A stretch of 63,911 nucleotides of DNA, the filler included, from Stramenopiles sp. TOSAG23-6 (lineage: Eukaryota), in the NCBI GenBank assembly GCA_900128565.1. It is 3 parts of 3 records of this genome, joined end to end, with 100 filler letters (N's around TTAATTAATTAA, not from the genome) between each part and the next. Parts side by side here need not be neighbours in the genome. Positions count along the whole stretch, not along the records: positions 24,526 to 48,920 come from LT636005.1; positions 49,021 to 63,911 come from LT636132.1; 1 more part is not named here. One strand, written 5' to 3'. The translations under genes and the position numbers were made by a program. Positions 42,698 through 53,015 of this stretch are shown piece after piece. How positions within the stretch are numbered: the first letter of the stretch is position 1; each line of letters starts with the position of its first letter. The notes beneath the pieces are model-generated. The model was given only the letters and a program-made list of their open reading frames with translations, was not told where the DNA came from and did no database searches.

Positions 42698-45600
42698 ATG
42701 TCTGAAAGTAAGGACTCGGAAGTGTCAGAATTAACGTTGTCGCACCACGATGATAGACTTCAACGGCAGAGGCCGTTTTCGTCGAATAGGATCCATCAAA
42801 ATGTGAAGCAACCAAGAATGGCTCGAAATTTAACAACAAGAATACTTAGATCGTTTGAATTCAAATCTAAAAGTAGTAGTATTCGTTTTGGACGAGATAT
42901 TTGGATAGATGCGGTTACAGCGGATGTATTGAAGTGGTTCAAGACTACCCCAGAGCTTAAGGACGTAAAAGTGCGGAAAGATTCAATGAAACGGACCGTT
43001 ACAGATATCATAGACAATTATATAATATCAGGGTGTAAAACTAAAGTATTGTGCACTGCAACAGAGGCGACAAACAAGTTTGATCACGAAGTGTATTGTG
43101 GCTTTGAGTCGGAGCTACGGACGCGGAATTCCATGAGTACAAACATAGACAATGATGTTTATTGGGAGGAGTGCCGGGTACTGAAAGTAATATCATCAAC
43201 TACACCACAAAGTGAGCGAATGTATCAAGTAGAGTGTACAGATGGCCACAAATGCACGGTTTCAGGCACATGTTTGAAAAAGATTTCCAATAAAAGGAAA
43301 CATTGGGAATCAAGCACTGGACAAAGAGAGGTTCTTTGGAGTCCGTCTCAAATTTGCAAGGTAGCGATTAATGTGGCGCTCAAAGAATCTTTTGATATTT
43401 GCAGGAGATATCATACACTCGCAGAGGTTTCAAATTGGAAGTCTGGTTGTCGTTTAGAGGGACCACGTGCTGATTTTGCGTTCAAAGTTTACCGAAAAAT
43501 GATTGAAGGATATTTTGGTTTCGGTCGTAAAGATATACTAAGGACTCTGAATATCGTCTTACATGATCGATCATCACTTGAAACGGCAATCAATTTATAT
43601 GTTAAGGATGCAGAACGTGATGAATGGTTGCAAAGATTTGATTGTATTGATGAGACAATTCAACAAAATATTCGCCAGCTTGCTTATGACAGACCATTGT
43701 TCAATATTAAATGTAGATCACGTATTATAGCCGCTACTATTTCTGCATTAGGAGGGAATATATCACCCACAGTTGGCGACCCAATACAGCCAGCATCACC
43801 TATTGCGGCAAAAGATAAAGTAGATTATCCAACACCAGATAAACTAAAGGATACACAACTATTGGAGGAAATCATTAAAACTTCAGATATGGTTCCAATA
43901 ATAATTGGAACTTTTGGAGAAGACAAAGACTTGATCCCTCCGCAGGTTTTGATGACTGTAATTGATTGCTTCATGCGAGGTGAGCGTGGAGCTGAAGTTA
44001 CACATTCACTCAAGGAAAGGTGTGGGCCATTAGTTGATAATATACTTGGTCGTTTAGGAATGGCTGGAGCTGTTACTGCGTTTTCAAATGCCATAGTAAC
44101 GGCTCAATTGCAATCACGATCTAGTGCAAGACAATTTGAAAGAATAGTAAATCCCAAATTTGAGATGGCACGTATTTTATCTGGCTTTATCTCAAAGATA
44201 ACAAAAACCACTGCTGAATTGGTACAAATACTAAAAGACACACTACCAAATATAAAGCTGACGACATGGTCAGTTGGTGCATCCAATGAGTATCCCCATG
44301 GGATGAGTATATCACAGGTGAAAGTTAGCACAGCGCTTTCAGATTATCTGTTGCAACGCTCCAAAACAACAGCATCTCATTTATTTCAGTGTGATGCTGA
44401 TGGCAATGTTATGGATATTGTTGAAGGTGCCAAGTTGTATCTAAGTGTTTTTGTAGACGCCAATGTTGTTTCAGATAATTCAATACTTGGCAACTATAGA
44501 CAAACAATGCACAATACTCTCATTGCAGTCAAAGTTCATATTGGCGATGCAGCAGAACAAAACAGAACAATGAATCTACTACCTATGGTATTGTTCACTG
44601 GAAATGATCATCGTATCGAATTTGAACAAGCTGCTTGTGATGGGCCTCCTGGTGGCGAGTCATGGTGGACGCAATATATTTCTATTTTGAAGAATGGTCT
44701 ACACATTGAAGGTTTGAAGCATACTATTGCTGTTGAGCATATTATCTGGGGTCCTGATGGTGCTGGTGCTCGAGCCATATTCGGCTTTACTAGTGTTGGA
44801 AGTGCTCAAGATATTTCATTTTCAGGACCAATGACACGAGAATTACGCCATTTTCTAAATGCAAATGGGGTGCAACGGTTCGGTGCATTTATTGGAAGAA
44901 CAGGTGATGTACATGATTTGCTTGCTAAAGAAGCAATAGCTAAGGGAGCTGCTGCTGTGACTGAATTGAGACAATCCACAGGAATTGCGTTTCCCTGCAA
45001 ACTATATGTACCTGGTATGAATATCACAGATCCAAAAAGAATTTCAAGTGGTATCTGGCACCACTTTTCAACGCTTTCAAAGAAGTATCTTGCCGTTGAA
45101 TGCCGTTTAATGAAATTACGAGGTATACTTGATCCTTGGAAGCACCACATAATTTATCATCTTCAAACGCCGTTTGGGCTTCAAGAATATGGTACAAAAG
45201 GGAAAATGAAAGTAACAGGAGCTGACTCGGGAAAACTTCAAGATTTAATGGCACAGCCATATGAAAAACTATTTCAATGCAATCATCCAGAGTGTTTACG
45301 GCTTGTGAAAAAATATGACAACTCTCTTTATAAAGGTGAAGATGGCAATTTCCAGTTCTGTTTCTTTGATCCAAATAGTTACGAAGCTAAAGGACTGAAA
45401 CATTTGCATTCAAGATTTGCTCAATATAGAACAATACTTAATTGTGCTACTACACAGGAGTATATCAAGTGCCGGCCATGGGTGCGACCATGTATGCTTT
45501 CATTTCAGCGAACTGCAGCACACCTTTTTGGTAATGAATTGAACACACCAAAAGGTGGAGGTGGAATATTTCATCTTGTTGAGGTTGTTGATGAAGCATG

Positions 45601-46927
45601 TTTTTCTGAAGCAGGATTGGCACCGCTAATGCTTAGTGAAAAACCTGTAGAGCAGCATCACTCTTTCCGTAATTCTATAGTTAAAACAGAAGTATGCCGA
45701 GGCGGTGGCCGTAGTAGAGATTACAATACTCAACGGGAAAATATGCTTGAGCTCCTGCACCTAAAGACATTTGAAAAGATGGCGAGGAGGACTGGTGCAT
45801 TCCATGGAAAGCTAGATGAAGCACTTGATGATAAAACAGTTAAAAATGAAATTAAAAATGAAATTGATTCTAGCACCAGTGAAGTCTTTGATACACCACA
45901 TCATTGGGGATCATTTGTAGATAATGGAGATAAATCTGATGATGATATTGAAGATGACGGTGAAGATGTTACCCAACAAGAAGGTGCACCTACCACTGAA
46001 GAATTCGAAATACAACGTTTTGATATTGGAGGAAATTATGAAGAGAAGAAACATATAAATGGCCGCACAATACCATCAAGATTCGAACGTACCTCTGGAG
46101 ATACTGTGAAAATGAAGCTTATTTATGGAAAGACTTGCAAATGCATCAGAATTAGAGCTAAAAGATATAGTGGCGGTTGTGAATGGCGTTATGACATACC
46201 ATTTATGTATATATCTGCTGTAAGTAGCAAAGTAGTGAATTCAACAGGTCGTGGTAATAGTGACAGTACATGTCTTATCTTTCAGTTTGCACATGCATTA
46301 ACAGTTGGAATGAAAGAATCTCATCAGAATAGATTTGTAACACTGAAAGCAAATGAGGTGAATATGTCAAATCTATCCGTTGCTGCACATGTAAAGATAG
46401 TATTGGATAATACTGAAAATGCAAAGACAATCCATGATGGTTTATGCTATATGGGTTCAATTGGCGAGTACACCGCAAAGTGCAGTAATGAAGTGAATAC
46501 TAGAGATAGTCTTGAGTCAGAAGCAGCTCGAAATGCATTTCAATGTCAAAGTATAGTTGACCCCATTATTATCTTGGCGGCAGAAAATCCTACACATGAT
46601 GTAATGAAAGAAGCAAAGAAACATCAAGAAAGTAGAATTTTGAGCGAGATACAAGCATGGGAAAAGACAAGGCCGGAGCAAATGTTGCAAGATTCCGGGG
46701 ACTATAAGCTTGCTACTGGTACGGGTAAATGGTATACTTATGAGTGTCAACGTTGCTCAAAGGTTTGTTCAAAATGTAATGAGAAGCATAATCTTCTTAC
46801 ATGGCTGGATGAAAACGGCTCATGGATAGATGAACTGGGGCTACCGCATAACCCGTGCCCCAAAATGAAGAAGGACTCTAAACTTGGAAAGGTACAGAAG
46901 AGACATTGCATGTATAATAGCAAGTAA
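42698..46927 (+). CDS. putative DDE transposase, mirror copy
   Basis: Reverse complement of 26519-30748. Confidence 0.65.
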   Translation: MSESKDSEVSELTLSHHDDRLQRQRPFSSNRIHQNVKQPRMARNLTTRILRSFEFKSKSSSIRFGRDIWIDAVTADVLKWFKTTPELKDVKVRKDSMKRTVTDIIDNYIISGCKTKVLCTATEATNKFDHEVYCGFESELRTRNSMSTNIDNDVYWEECRVLKVISSTTPQSERMYQVECTDGHKCTVSGTCLKKISNKRKHWESSTGQREVLWSPSQICKVAINVALKESFDICRRYHTLAEVSNWKSGCRLEGPRADFAFKVYRKMIEGYFGFGRKDILRTLNIVLHDRSSLETAINLYVKDAERDEWLQRFDCIDETIQQNIRQLAYDRPLFNIKCRSRIIAATISALGGNISPTVGDPIQPASPIAAKDKVDYPTPDKLKDTQLLEEIIKTSDMVPIIIGTFGEDKDLIPPQVLMTVIDCFMRGERGAEVTHSLKERCGPLVDNILGRLGMAGAVTAFSNAIVTAQLQSRSSARQFERIVNPKFEMARILSGFISKITKTTAELVQILKDTLPNIKLTTWSVGASNEYPHGMSISQVKVSTALSDYLLQRSKTTASHLFQCDADGNVMDIVEGAKLYLSVFVDANVVSDNSILGNYRQTMHNTLIAVKVHIGDAAEQNRTMNLLPMVLFTGNDHRIEFEQAACDGPPGGESWWTQYISILKNGLHIEGLKHTIAVEHIIWGPDGAGARAIFGFTSVGSAQDISFSGPMTRELRHFLNANGVQRFGAFIGRTGDVHDLLAKEAIAKGAAAVTELRQSTGIAFPCKLYVPGMNITDPKRISSGIWHHFSTLSKKYLAVECRLMKLRGILDPWKHHIIYHLQTPFGLQEYGTKGKMKVTGADSGKLQDLMAQPYEKLFQCNHPECLRLVKKYDNSLYKGEDGNFQFCFFDPNSYEAKGLKHLHSRFAQYRTILNCATTQEYIKCRPWVRPCMLSFQRTAAHLFGNELNTPKGGGGIFHLVEVVDEACFSEAGLAPLMLSEKPVEQHHSFRNSIVKTEVCRGGGRSRDYNTQRENMLELLHLKTFEKMARRTGAFHGKLDEALDDKTVKNEIKNEIDSSTSEVFDTPHHWGSFVDNGDKSDDDIEDDGEDVTQQEGAPTTEEFEIQRFDIGGNYEEKKHINGRTIPSRFERTSGDTVKMKLIYGKTCKCIRIRAKRYSGGCEWRYDIPFMYISAVSSKVVNSTGRGNSDSTCLIFQFAHALTVGMKESHQNRFVTLKANEVNMSNLSVAAHVKIVLDNTENAKTIHDGLCYMGSIGEYTAKCSNEVNTRDSLESEAARNAFQCQSIVDPIIILAAENPTHDVMKEAKKHQESRILSEIQAWEKTRPEQMLQDSGDYKLATGTGKWYTYECQRCSKVCSKCNEKHNLLTWLDENGSWIDELGLPHNPCPKMKKDSKLGKVQKRHCMYNSK

Positions 46928-47224
46928 TATTTATATAAAAATTTGAAAAAAANATATTTTTTATTACATTTCTCAATTTGTTAATTTTTATGTAACATTT
47001 GCTACATTTGCAATGTTTGCTACATTTGCTACGTTTGCAATGTTTGCTACATTTGCTGCATTTGCAATGTTTGCTACATTTACAATGTAATTCACTTTTA
47101 CAAGAGATCCGTTGAACTTAAACGACAGTTTCGTAAGTTTCGTAACTGTCGTTTAAGTTCAACGGATCTTATGCTCTATAAAGAAATCTTTTGTATTATT
47201 ACTTACTGGGCGGCAGTTTCTCCT

Positions 47225-48499
47225 TCAGATACGGCACTTCAGATACATTTTTGACTTAAGCCAACTTTTGTAGACTGAAGCAAGCGAATGAGAAGTTCTT
47301 GTCCAACCGGTCCTAGCTTTAAGCATAGCAATGTGCTGATGCTTTACAGTATTGCTTGAAGTATAATATTTAAAGTAATGAAACTTAAAGTGTTCATGAA
47401 GTAATACACGGTACCAATAATCTATCATATTGAATGTTAACGTACCACTTGGATCTGCCCAACCACCAGAGTTTCTATTCTCGGATTGAAGATTCTCTCT
47501 TGCATTTACATATGATTTCCGCCGTCGTTCTTTCTTCCTTTTAGTGCATGGAATGCATATTTTATAAGTGTTAAAGGTTTCTGGAAACCTTGGTTGACCA
47601 GTTTCACCTTTTTTTGTGCAAGCAAAACAAACACGCGTCACGCCGATCCCATCAAAGCACCCACATTCCCTACATTTATCACAGTTTCGTTGACAACCGT
47701 CACATCCAACAGATTTGACACCAATTTCAAGATCACTGATATCCAAAGATGCGTGGAGTTTGCAACGTTGTGCATATGAACCAAATTCAAAATCAGTAGG
47801 GTTTGGCTTTGTTTCACCTGTTTTCAGCATTGCCCAACACCCACATGCACATTGCTTTCTACGAGCTTGATTTAGAGCTAGTTCTAAGTTTACTTTATTT
47901 GTCTTCTTTTTCTGATTTTGTGCAGCTACTTTATCTACACAACCTAGAGTCCTACATTTTGTTGCGTTGAGATGGCGAGGTATAGACCTTTCCTTACAAT
48001 TTGGACACGGTATCAGTCCCCATCCAAACTCTTCACCTCCCTGCTTCTGACCATTAATGTGCTCCATACGTTTTTTTCTGATTAATTCCTTTAATGAATA
48101 AAAAGGCACAGATACTATTGTCAAAGCATCTTTTATATCAAGTTTATTTTCATTCCCATTTAACAACCTTTCTCTCCGGTCCCTAAAATATCGGTTAAAG
48201 GATTTTTTTACAAGCTTCTTTCCGATAATATATTTAAGAGCATGTTTTTCAATTTGACGTCCAGCCTGTTCATCTGTAGTAGTATCTAACCAGAATGTTG
48301 TATTGTTCTTCCACTTGGACGACTTAGCGAGTGCAATCCAGTCTTCAAGTGTAGGCCATCTGCTACCCTTGAACTTCTTTCTTGTATTACCACATAATTG
48401 ATTCACATCAGCATGAAATTCTGATTTATCCTTCTTCTTTAGATTGCCAAACTTTTTCCTGGCCTTTTTTTGCTTTTTCTTTGCAGGTTTTGACATCAT
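47225..48499 (-). CDS. Cys-rich accessory protein, mirror copy
   Basis: Reverse complement of 24947-26221. Confidence 0.75.
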   Translation of the reverse strand: MMSKPAKKKQKKARKKFGNLKKKDKSEFHADVNQLCGNTRKKFKGSRWPTLEDWIALAKSSKWKNNTTFWLDTTTDEQAGRQIEKHALKYIIGKKLVKKSFNRYFRDRRERLLNGNENKLDIKDALTIVSVPFYSLKELIRKKRMEHINGQKQGGEEFGWGLIPCPNCKERSIPRHLNATKCRTLGCVDKVAAQNQKKKTNKVNLELALNQARRKQCACGCWAMLKTGETKPNPTDFEFGSYAQRCKLHASLDISDLEIGVKSVGCDGCQRNCDKCRECGCFDGIGVTRVCFACTKKGETGQPRFPETFNTYKICIPCTKRKKERRRKSYVNARENLQSENRNSGGWADPSGTLTFNMIDYWYRVLLHEHFKFHYFKYYTSSNTVKHQHIAMLKARTGWTRTSHSLASVYKSWLKSKMYLKCRI

Positions 48500-48920
48500 T
48501 AGGCATGCCTTGCGGCAATTATATTATCATATCGAGGAACGAAAGATACATACTTAAAAAAAAAAAAAATTGAGCTCCACTTTGACTGCCGAAAAGACGT
48601 CAGGTACCCGGTACTAGGCCAGGCGGCTGCATGACTTCGGGGGTTCGGCCCTACATCAAAGGTCGATCAAAGCCCATGCATACATTAAAATGATTCAGTT
48701 TATACTATGTACAATGTTACTTGCATCTTCATGTGTATGTCATATTGAAGCAGCTACTACGAGAACTTTTCGAATTACCCCGGCTGGTCGTCGTCGTCGT
48801 CGCAAGAAGTGTGGTGGTTGTGGTTGTTGGGCTTGTGGTGGTAATGCGAAGGCTCGGGAGGCAGATGCGGCGGCTGCGGAAGAGGAGGAACGTCGGGCTG
48901 GTGCGCGAATCATTAAGGCT

Positions 48921-49020
48921 NNNNNNNNNNNNNNNNNNNNNNNNNNNNNNNNNNNNNNNNNNNNTTAATTAATTAANNNNNNNNNNNNNNNNNNNNNNNN
49001 NNNNNNNNNNNNNNNNNNNN
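48921..49020. other. artificial scaffold linker
   Basis: N44-TTAATTAATTAA-N44. Confidence 0.97.
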
Positions 49021-49073
49021 ACAAAATTTCGTACGAAAAAAAAATAAATTTGAAATTCATAATGAAAACGTAC
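49021..49073 (-). other. 5' part of a family intron, truncated by the contig end
   Basis: GAT|GTACGTTTTCATTATGAATTTCAAATTTA(T9)CGTACGAAATTTTGT. Confidence 0.85.
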
Positions 49074-49757
49074 ATCAGACGTTGGAACTTGAAAAAGACA
49101 ATTGTGGAGGTTAGGGTCAAACGTCTCTCCAACAACTCCAAACGGTGTCACTCCATTTTTCTTCAAAGCTTTGAGTAAATCATTTTCCGTCATACGAACA
49201 CCTTCTAAAAGAGTTGTCAAAGCTTCACTTTGATCGATGTTACTTTTCATATCTGAGGTTTCTTCAGCGGATGAAACGCATCTTTGAAGATTATCTGCGA
49301 CATCAAGAAGTGATTTTGCAAATCCTTTTGCAGCATATTCTTTTGCTTGCAATACATCCCGAGCAGCAATTTTACGTACGTTTTCCATTTCTGCGTGATC
49401 ACGTAATCTTGTGGCTTGTGCTTCCTTTAACTTCTCCTCCAATTGTGAAATTTTAGTGTTTAACTCAACGGTGGCAGTGTCTTCAGCGCTTTCGTTGTCG
49501 TTTTCTTCGGTATCATTTTGATCATTTTTTGGTTGTTTCTCAACAGTTTCTTCATCTTTATTATCTACTGTAGACTCATTTTGCCATATAGGGTTTGATG
49601 TATGAAATGCACGGTGAAATATTCCACGTTGAACATAACTGCGGGTTAAACCAGCGGCATTACCATTTATAAGAGTTGTGTTACTTCTGACACATTGGTT
49701 AACACGAACTAGAGACGAGACTGAGCGGGTAAAAGTACTGAACAGTTTTTGGGACAT
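49074..49757 (-). CDS. grpE: mitochondrial GrpE nucleotide exchange factor, first exon (3'-partial)
   Basis: Transit peptide; AEMENVRK, FAKSLLDVADNL, LLEGVRMT, GETFDPNLH. Confidence 0.95.
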
Positions 49758-50166
49758 TCTTTACTTTAATTAAAATGCAATGGATACTTAAAAAGAAAGA
49801 TATCGAAAGTATTCTTCAATGTTTCTTCTGTTCCAGTATATACAGATAAATGTAGTGTTGTTGTGTGTCGAGTCTTCGAAAAAAGTGAAAGAATTCTGCT
49901 GACTCACCCAATTTGGGACAAACCTGCTGATTTTCGATTTTTTTCTTACCAATTTCTTTTGTGACTCGACACTACGACGTCTCTTTTTTCCGAAAATTTT
50001 TCGGTCTTCTTCTACGAAGTATTACTTACTACTAGCTAGTACTATATTTTTCCAGTACCTAGCTAGCTAGTACTCGTACCACCTGCCAAGTCTTCTTCTA
50101 GCTAGNCACTTTATAATATACTTCAGAAACTACGCCTCTCAATACAGCTGTTATATAAAACACAGA

Positions 50167-50951
50167 ATGTTTGTTAATAAACGGCCCTTTGATATTGGAT
50201 GTATTGCTGGAGCGTTTGCCGTTGGCGTATTTTGTGGATATAGTTTTAATCTTGTCAAAGTCATTTCTTCTGTACGTTCAATTCTAGGACAATCAAAAAA
50301 AGAAAAAGATACTTCAACTAAACGAAGAATACCAAAGGACCGTCTACTAAAAGCTCTAATCGAAGAAGCAAACAACACAGTAACCAATACATATAGAGAA
50401 TTTACGTTAAAAGAGTGGAATAGCCATCAATTTAGAAAAGACAATGGTTTTATTGGCTTTGACTATTGCCATAATAAAGATAATAGAGCTGTTTTTATCC
50501 AGAAATATTGGTATAATGATGACGAAAAAAAAATGGTTGGACTTGTTCATTTTGGTACAAACTGTGAGTCACATAAAGGAATCTGTCATGGAGGTAGTTC
50601 AATGTCTGCATTTGATGATATTTGTGGACATCTTGCCTTTTGTGCTGTAAACGATGCAGTCTCTTGTACGTTTTCATTCAGTAGAATCAAATATACAATA
50701 GTATGTATTTTTTTATACCTAACAAATTTGAAATTTGACATATTTTCACCTACAAATGGTCTGGTGCAACTGTTCAAGTGAATGTGTCCTTAATGAAGCC
50801 AATTACTTTAAATAGCACTCTACAAATAAATGGTGAAGTCACCTCTATTAAGGGAAAGAAAATTTCAATAGTTGGTTCGCTGAATGATCAAAATACGGGT
50901 GAAATTTACGCGACGATGACAGGTTTGTCCCTCTGTCCTATCAAAATATGA
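50167..50951 (+). CDS. hot-dog fold acyl-CoA thioesterase (THEM4/PaaI-like); exons 50167-50665 and 50758-50951
   Basis: CESHKGICHGGSSMSAFDDICG; the second exon reads WSGATVQVNVSLMKPI...GKKISIVG. Confidence 0.85.
50666..50757 (+). other. non-canonical intron GT...AT (92 nt)
   Basis: TCTT|GTACGTTTTCAT...TACCTAAC...CATATTTTCACCTACAAAT|GGTCT; removal restores the frame. Confidence 0.8.
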
Positions 50952-51343
50952 AATTTGTGGCGAATCTTTTGGTGCTTGGTTGTGTGAATGAGAATTCAAT
51001 TGCTTTATTAAACTATATTTTTTGTACCACTATATCAATTAAAAGTATTTTTTTTAGTATATGAAATGCCATTTAATTTTGGATTCGTCATTCTTCCATT
51101 GTTAATAGATTTAAACGGATAATCTCAAACAATTTATGAACTCTCACTGGAATAGGTAATTAATTAATGCGTAATTAATTAATTACACGGCTAATTTCCA
51201 AGCAAAACTTAATTTTATTTCTTTCGGATTTCGTGTAAAAACAACCACGTGTCGTGTCGTGTGTTTGTCATTAATAATTAATTGTTACATTGTACTGAAA
51301 TATTTTCAGTGTTTTAACATTTCTTTATTTGCTTCGAACAACC

Positions 51344-52888
51344 ATGCGACTTTACAATATTCCAAGTATTTTCAGGCACTTAAGTTCGAGGCATAGGTCA
51401 TTCTCAACGATTCTTCCTACTGTTCCTGTCACTGTTTTATCAGGCTTTCTTGGTGCCGGTAAAACGACTCTCATTAGTCATATTTTGAAAGATAAGAATC
51501 ATGGTAAACGTATTGGAGTACTTGTCAACGATATGGCTGAAGTAAATATTGATGCAGATCTAGTATCTAACCACAGCATTGAAACAAATATGGTTCAATT
51601 ACAAAACGGATGTATTTGCTGTACTTTGAGGGATGATCTTGTACTGGAACTTGTAGATCTAGTACAACAAGGTAATTTAGACCATATTGTTGTTGAGAGC
51701 ACTGGAATATCTGAACCTCTTCCTGTGGCACAAACATTTTCAGCACCGATAAATATGTCTAGTCTCGAAGATTTGCTGGATAAAAACAAAAATAAACAAA
51801 CAGAAATAGGGCCACAAATAGATCCACAAACTGAACCAAAAGTTGAACGTTTAAATGAAAAACGAAAAAAAAGTATAGACATTATATCCCGTTTAGGTTC
51901 TTTAAATGATACTGCTCGCCTGCATTCTCTAGTTACTGTGGTTGATTGTTCTACTTTTCTTGATCATCTTGAATCAAAAGAAAATCTGAAAAAGCTTGGC
52001 ATGAGTGCAACAAAAAGTGACGTCAGGCCTCTTGCTTTTCTTCTTGCTGACCAAGTTCAATTTGCTAATCATATTTTATTGAACAAAATAGATTTAGTGA
52101 CAAAAGAACATGTGAAAAAAGTAGAAATTTTATTAAGATATTTGAACCCGACAGCTACAATACAAAAAACAAAACAATCAAGTATAAATGTAACTCAATT
52201 ATTAAATGTACAAAGTTATGATGAAACATTGTTTAAATCACTTCCGGAATGGGCAACTGAATTAGTTAAGAGGGATAATGAAAAAAATAACTCTAAGGTA
52301 CAGTCAGAAAGTGAAGAATATGGAATAAACCATTTTAGTATTCGAATCATTGGACGTCCGTTTCATGCAAAACGATGGCATTCGTTTCTTAATGATAAAT
52401 CTTTTTTTGATGGTATATTTCGTGCTAAAGGATATTTTTGGATTGATATTGAACCACATACACGAATCGATTATTCTTTAGTTGGAAACACTGGAAGTTT
52501 TATAGTGAATTCCGTATGGTCTTCAGCAGGTATGGAAATGTTACAAAAGAAATCTTTTCGTGTTGGTAATTCTACAGATAATGAAGCTATTGCTGCTGCA
52601 GCAACACAAAGATTATATGTAAAAGCAATGAAAGTAAAAGAAGAACAACTGTGGCATCCAATTACTCATGATCGACGCGTTGAATTAGTCTTTATTGGAC
52701 AAGCAGATAAGATGAATGAGTGGAAAATGCGTTCAGCTATTGAAAATTGTTTATTGACAAAAGATGAATTGAGAGAATTCATGAAAAATTTTGAAAATCC
52801 ACAAAATCCAAAAAATCCAAAAAATCAAAACAATGTATCCACTAATAATAACCCATTTGCTACAGTTCCTCGTTGTGTCGTTATTTAA
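51344..52888 (+). CDS. COG0523/CobW-family zinc metallochaperone GTPase, probably mitochondrion-targeted
   Basis: GFLGAGKTT, NDMAEVNID, GCICC, ESTGISEP, NKID; CobW_C motifs RPFH, RAKG and ELVFIG. Confidence 0.93.
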   Translation: MRLYNIPSIFRHLSSRHRSFSTILPTVPVTVLSGFLGAGKTTLISHILKDKNHGKRIGVLVNDMAEVNIDADLVSNHSIETNMVQLQNGCICCTLRDDLVLELVDLVQQGNLDHIVVESTGISEPLPVAQTFSAPINMSSLEDLLDKNKNKQTEIGPQIDPQTEPKVERLNEKRKKSIDIISRLGSLNDTARLHSLVTVVDCSTFLDHLESKENLKKLGMSATKSDVRPLAFLLADQVQFANHILLNKIDLVTKEHVKKVEILLRYLNPTATIQKTKQSSINVTQLLNVQSYDETLFKSLPEWATELVKRDNEKNNSKVQSESEEYGINHFSIRIIGRPFHAKRWHSFLNDKSFFDGIFRAKGYFWIDIEPHTRIDYSLVGNTGSFIVNSVWSSAGMEMLQKKSFRVGNSTDNEAIAAAATQRLYVKAMKVKEEQLWHPITHDRRVELVFIGQADKMNEWKMRSAIENCLLTKDELREFMKNFENPQNPKNPKNQNNVSTNNNPFATVPRCVVI

Positions 52889-53015
52889 GTAAAATAAATA
52901 TTGAATTACAGTTAATATAATTTGAAATGTATTTTGAGATGATCCTATTTCGTAATGCAATATTATTAATGTTTCTATAATTTATCATTATACAGAACGA
53001 CATACAGAATCATAT

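Larger units (their letters stand above)
42465..48638. mobile_element. mirror copy of the two-ORF TIR element
   Basis: TIRs at 42465-42486 and 48617-48638. Confidence 0.7.
24526..48920. repeat. scaffold-long perfect inverted duplication (24526-36602 vs 36844-48920) around a 241-N gap
   Basis: Position x pairs with 73446-x; even ambiguous n bases mirror (26493/46953, 35097/38349). Confidence 0.97.

Noticed and set aside
42465-48638. Second transposon copy as evidence of transposition
   Set aside because: It is part of the scaffold-wide mirror with identical flanks, not an independent insertion.
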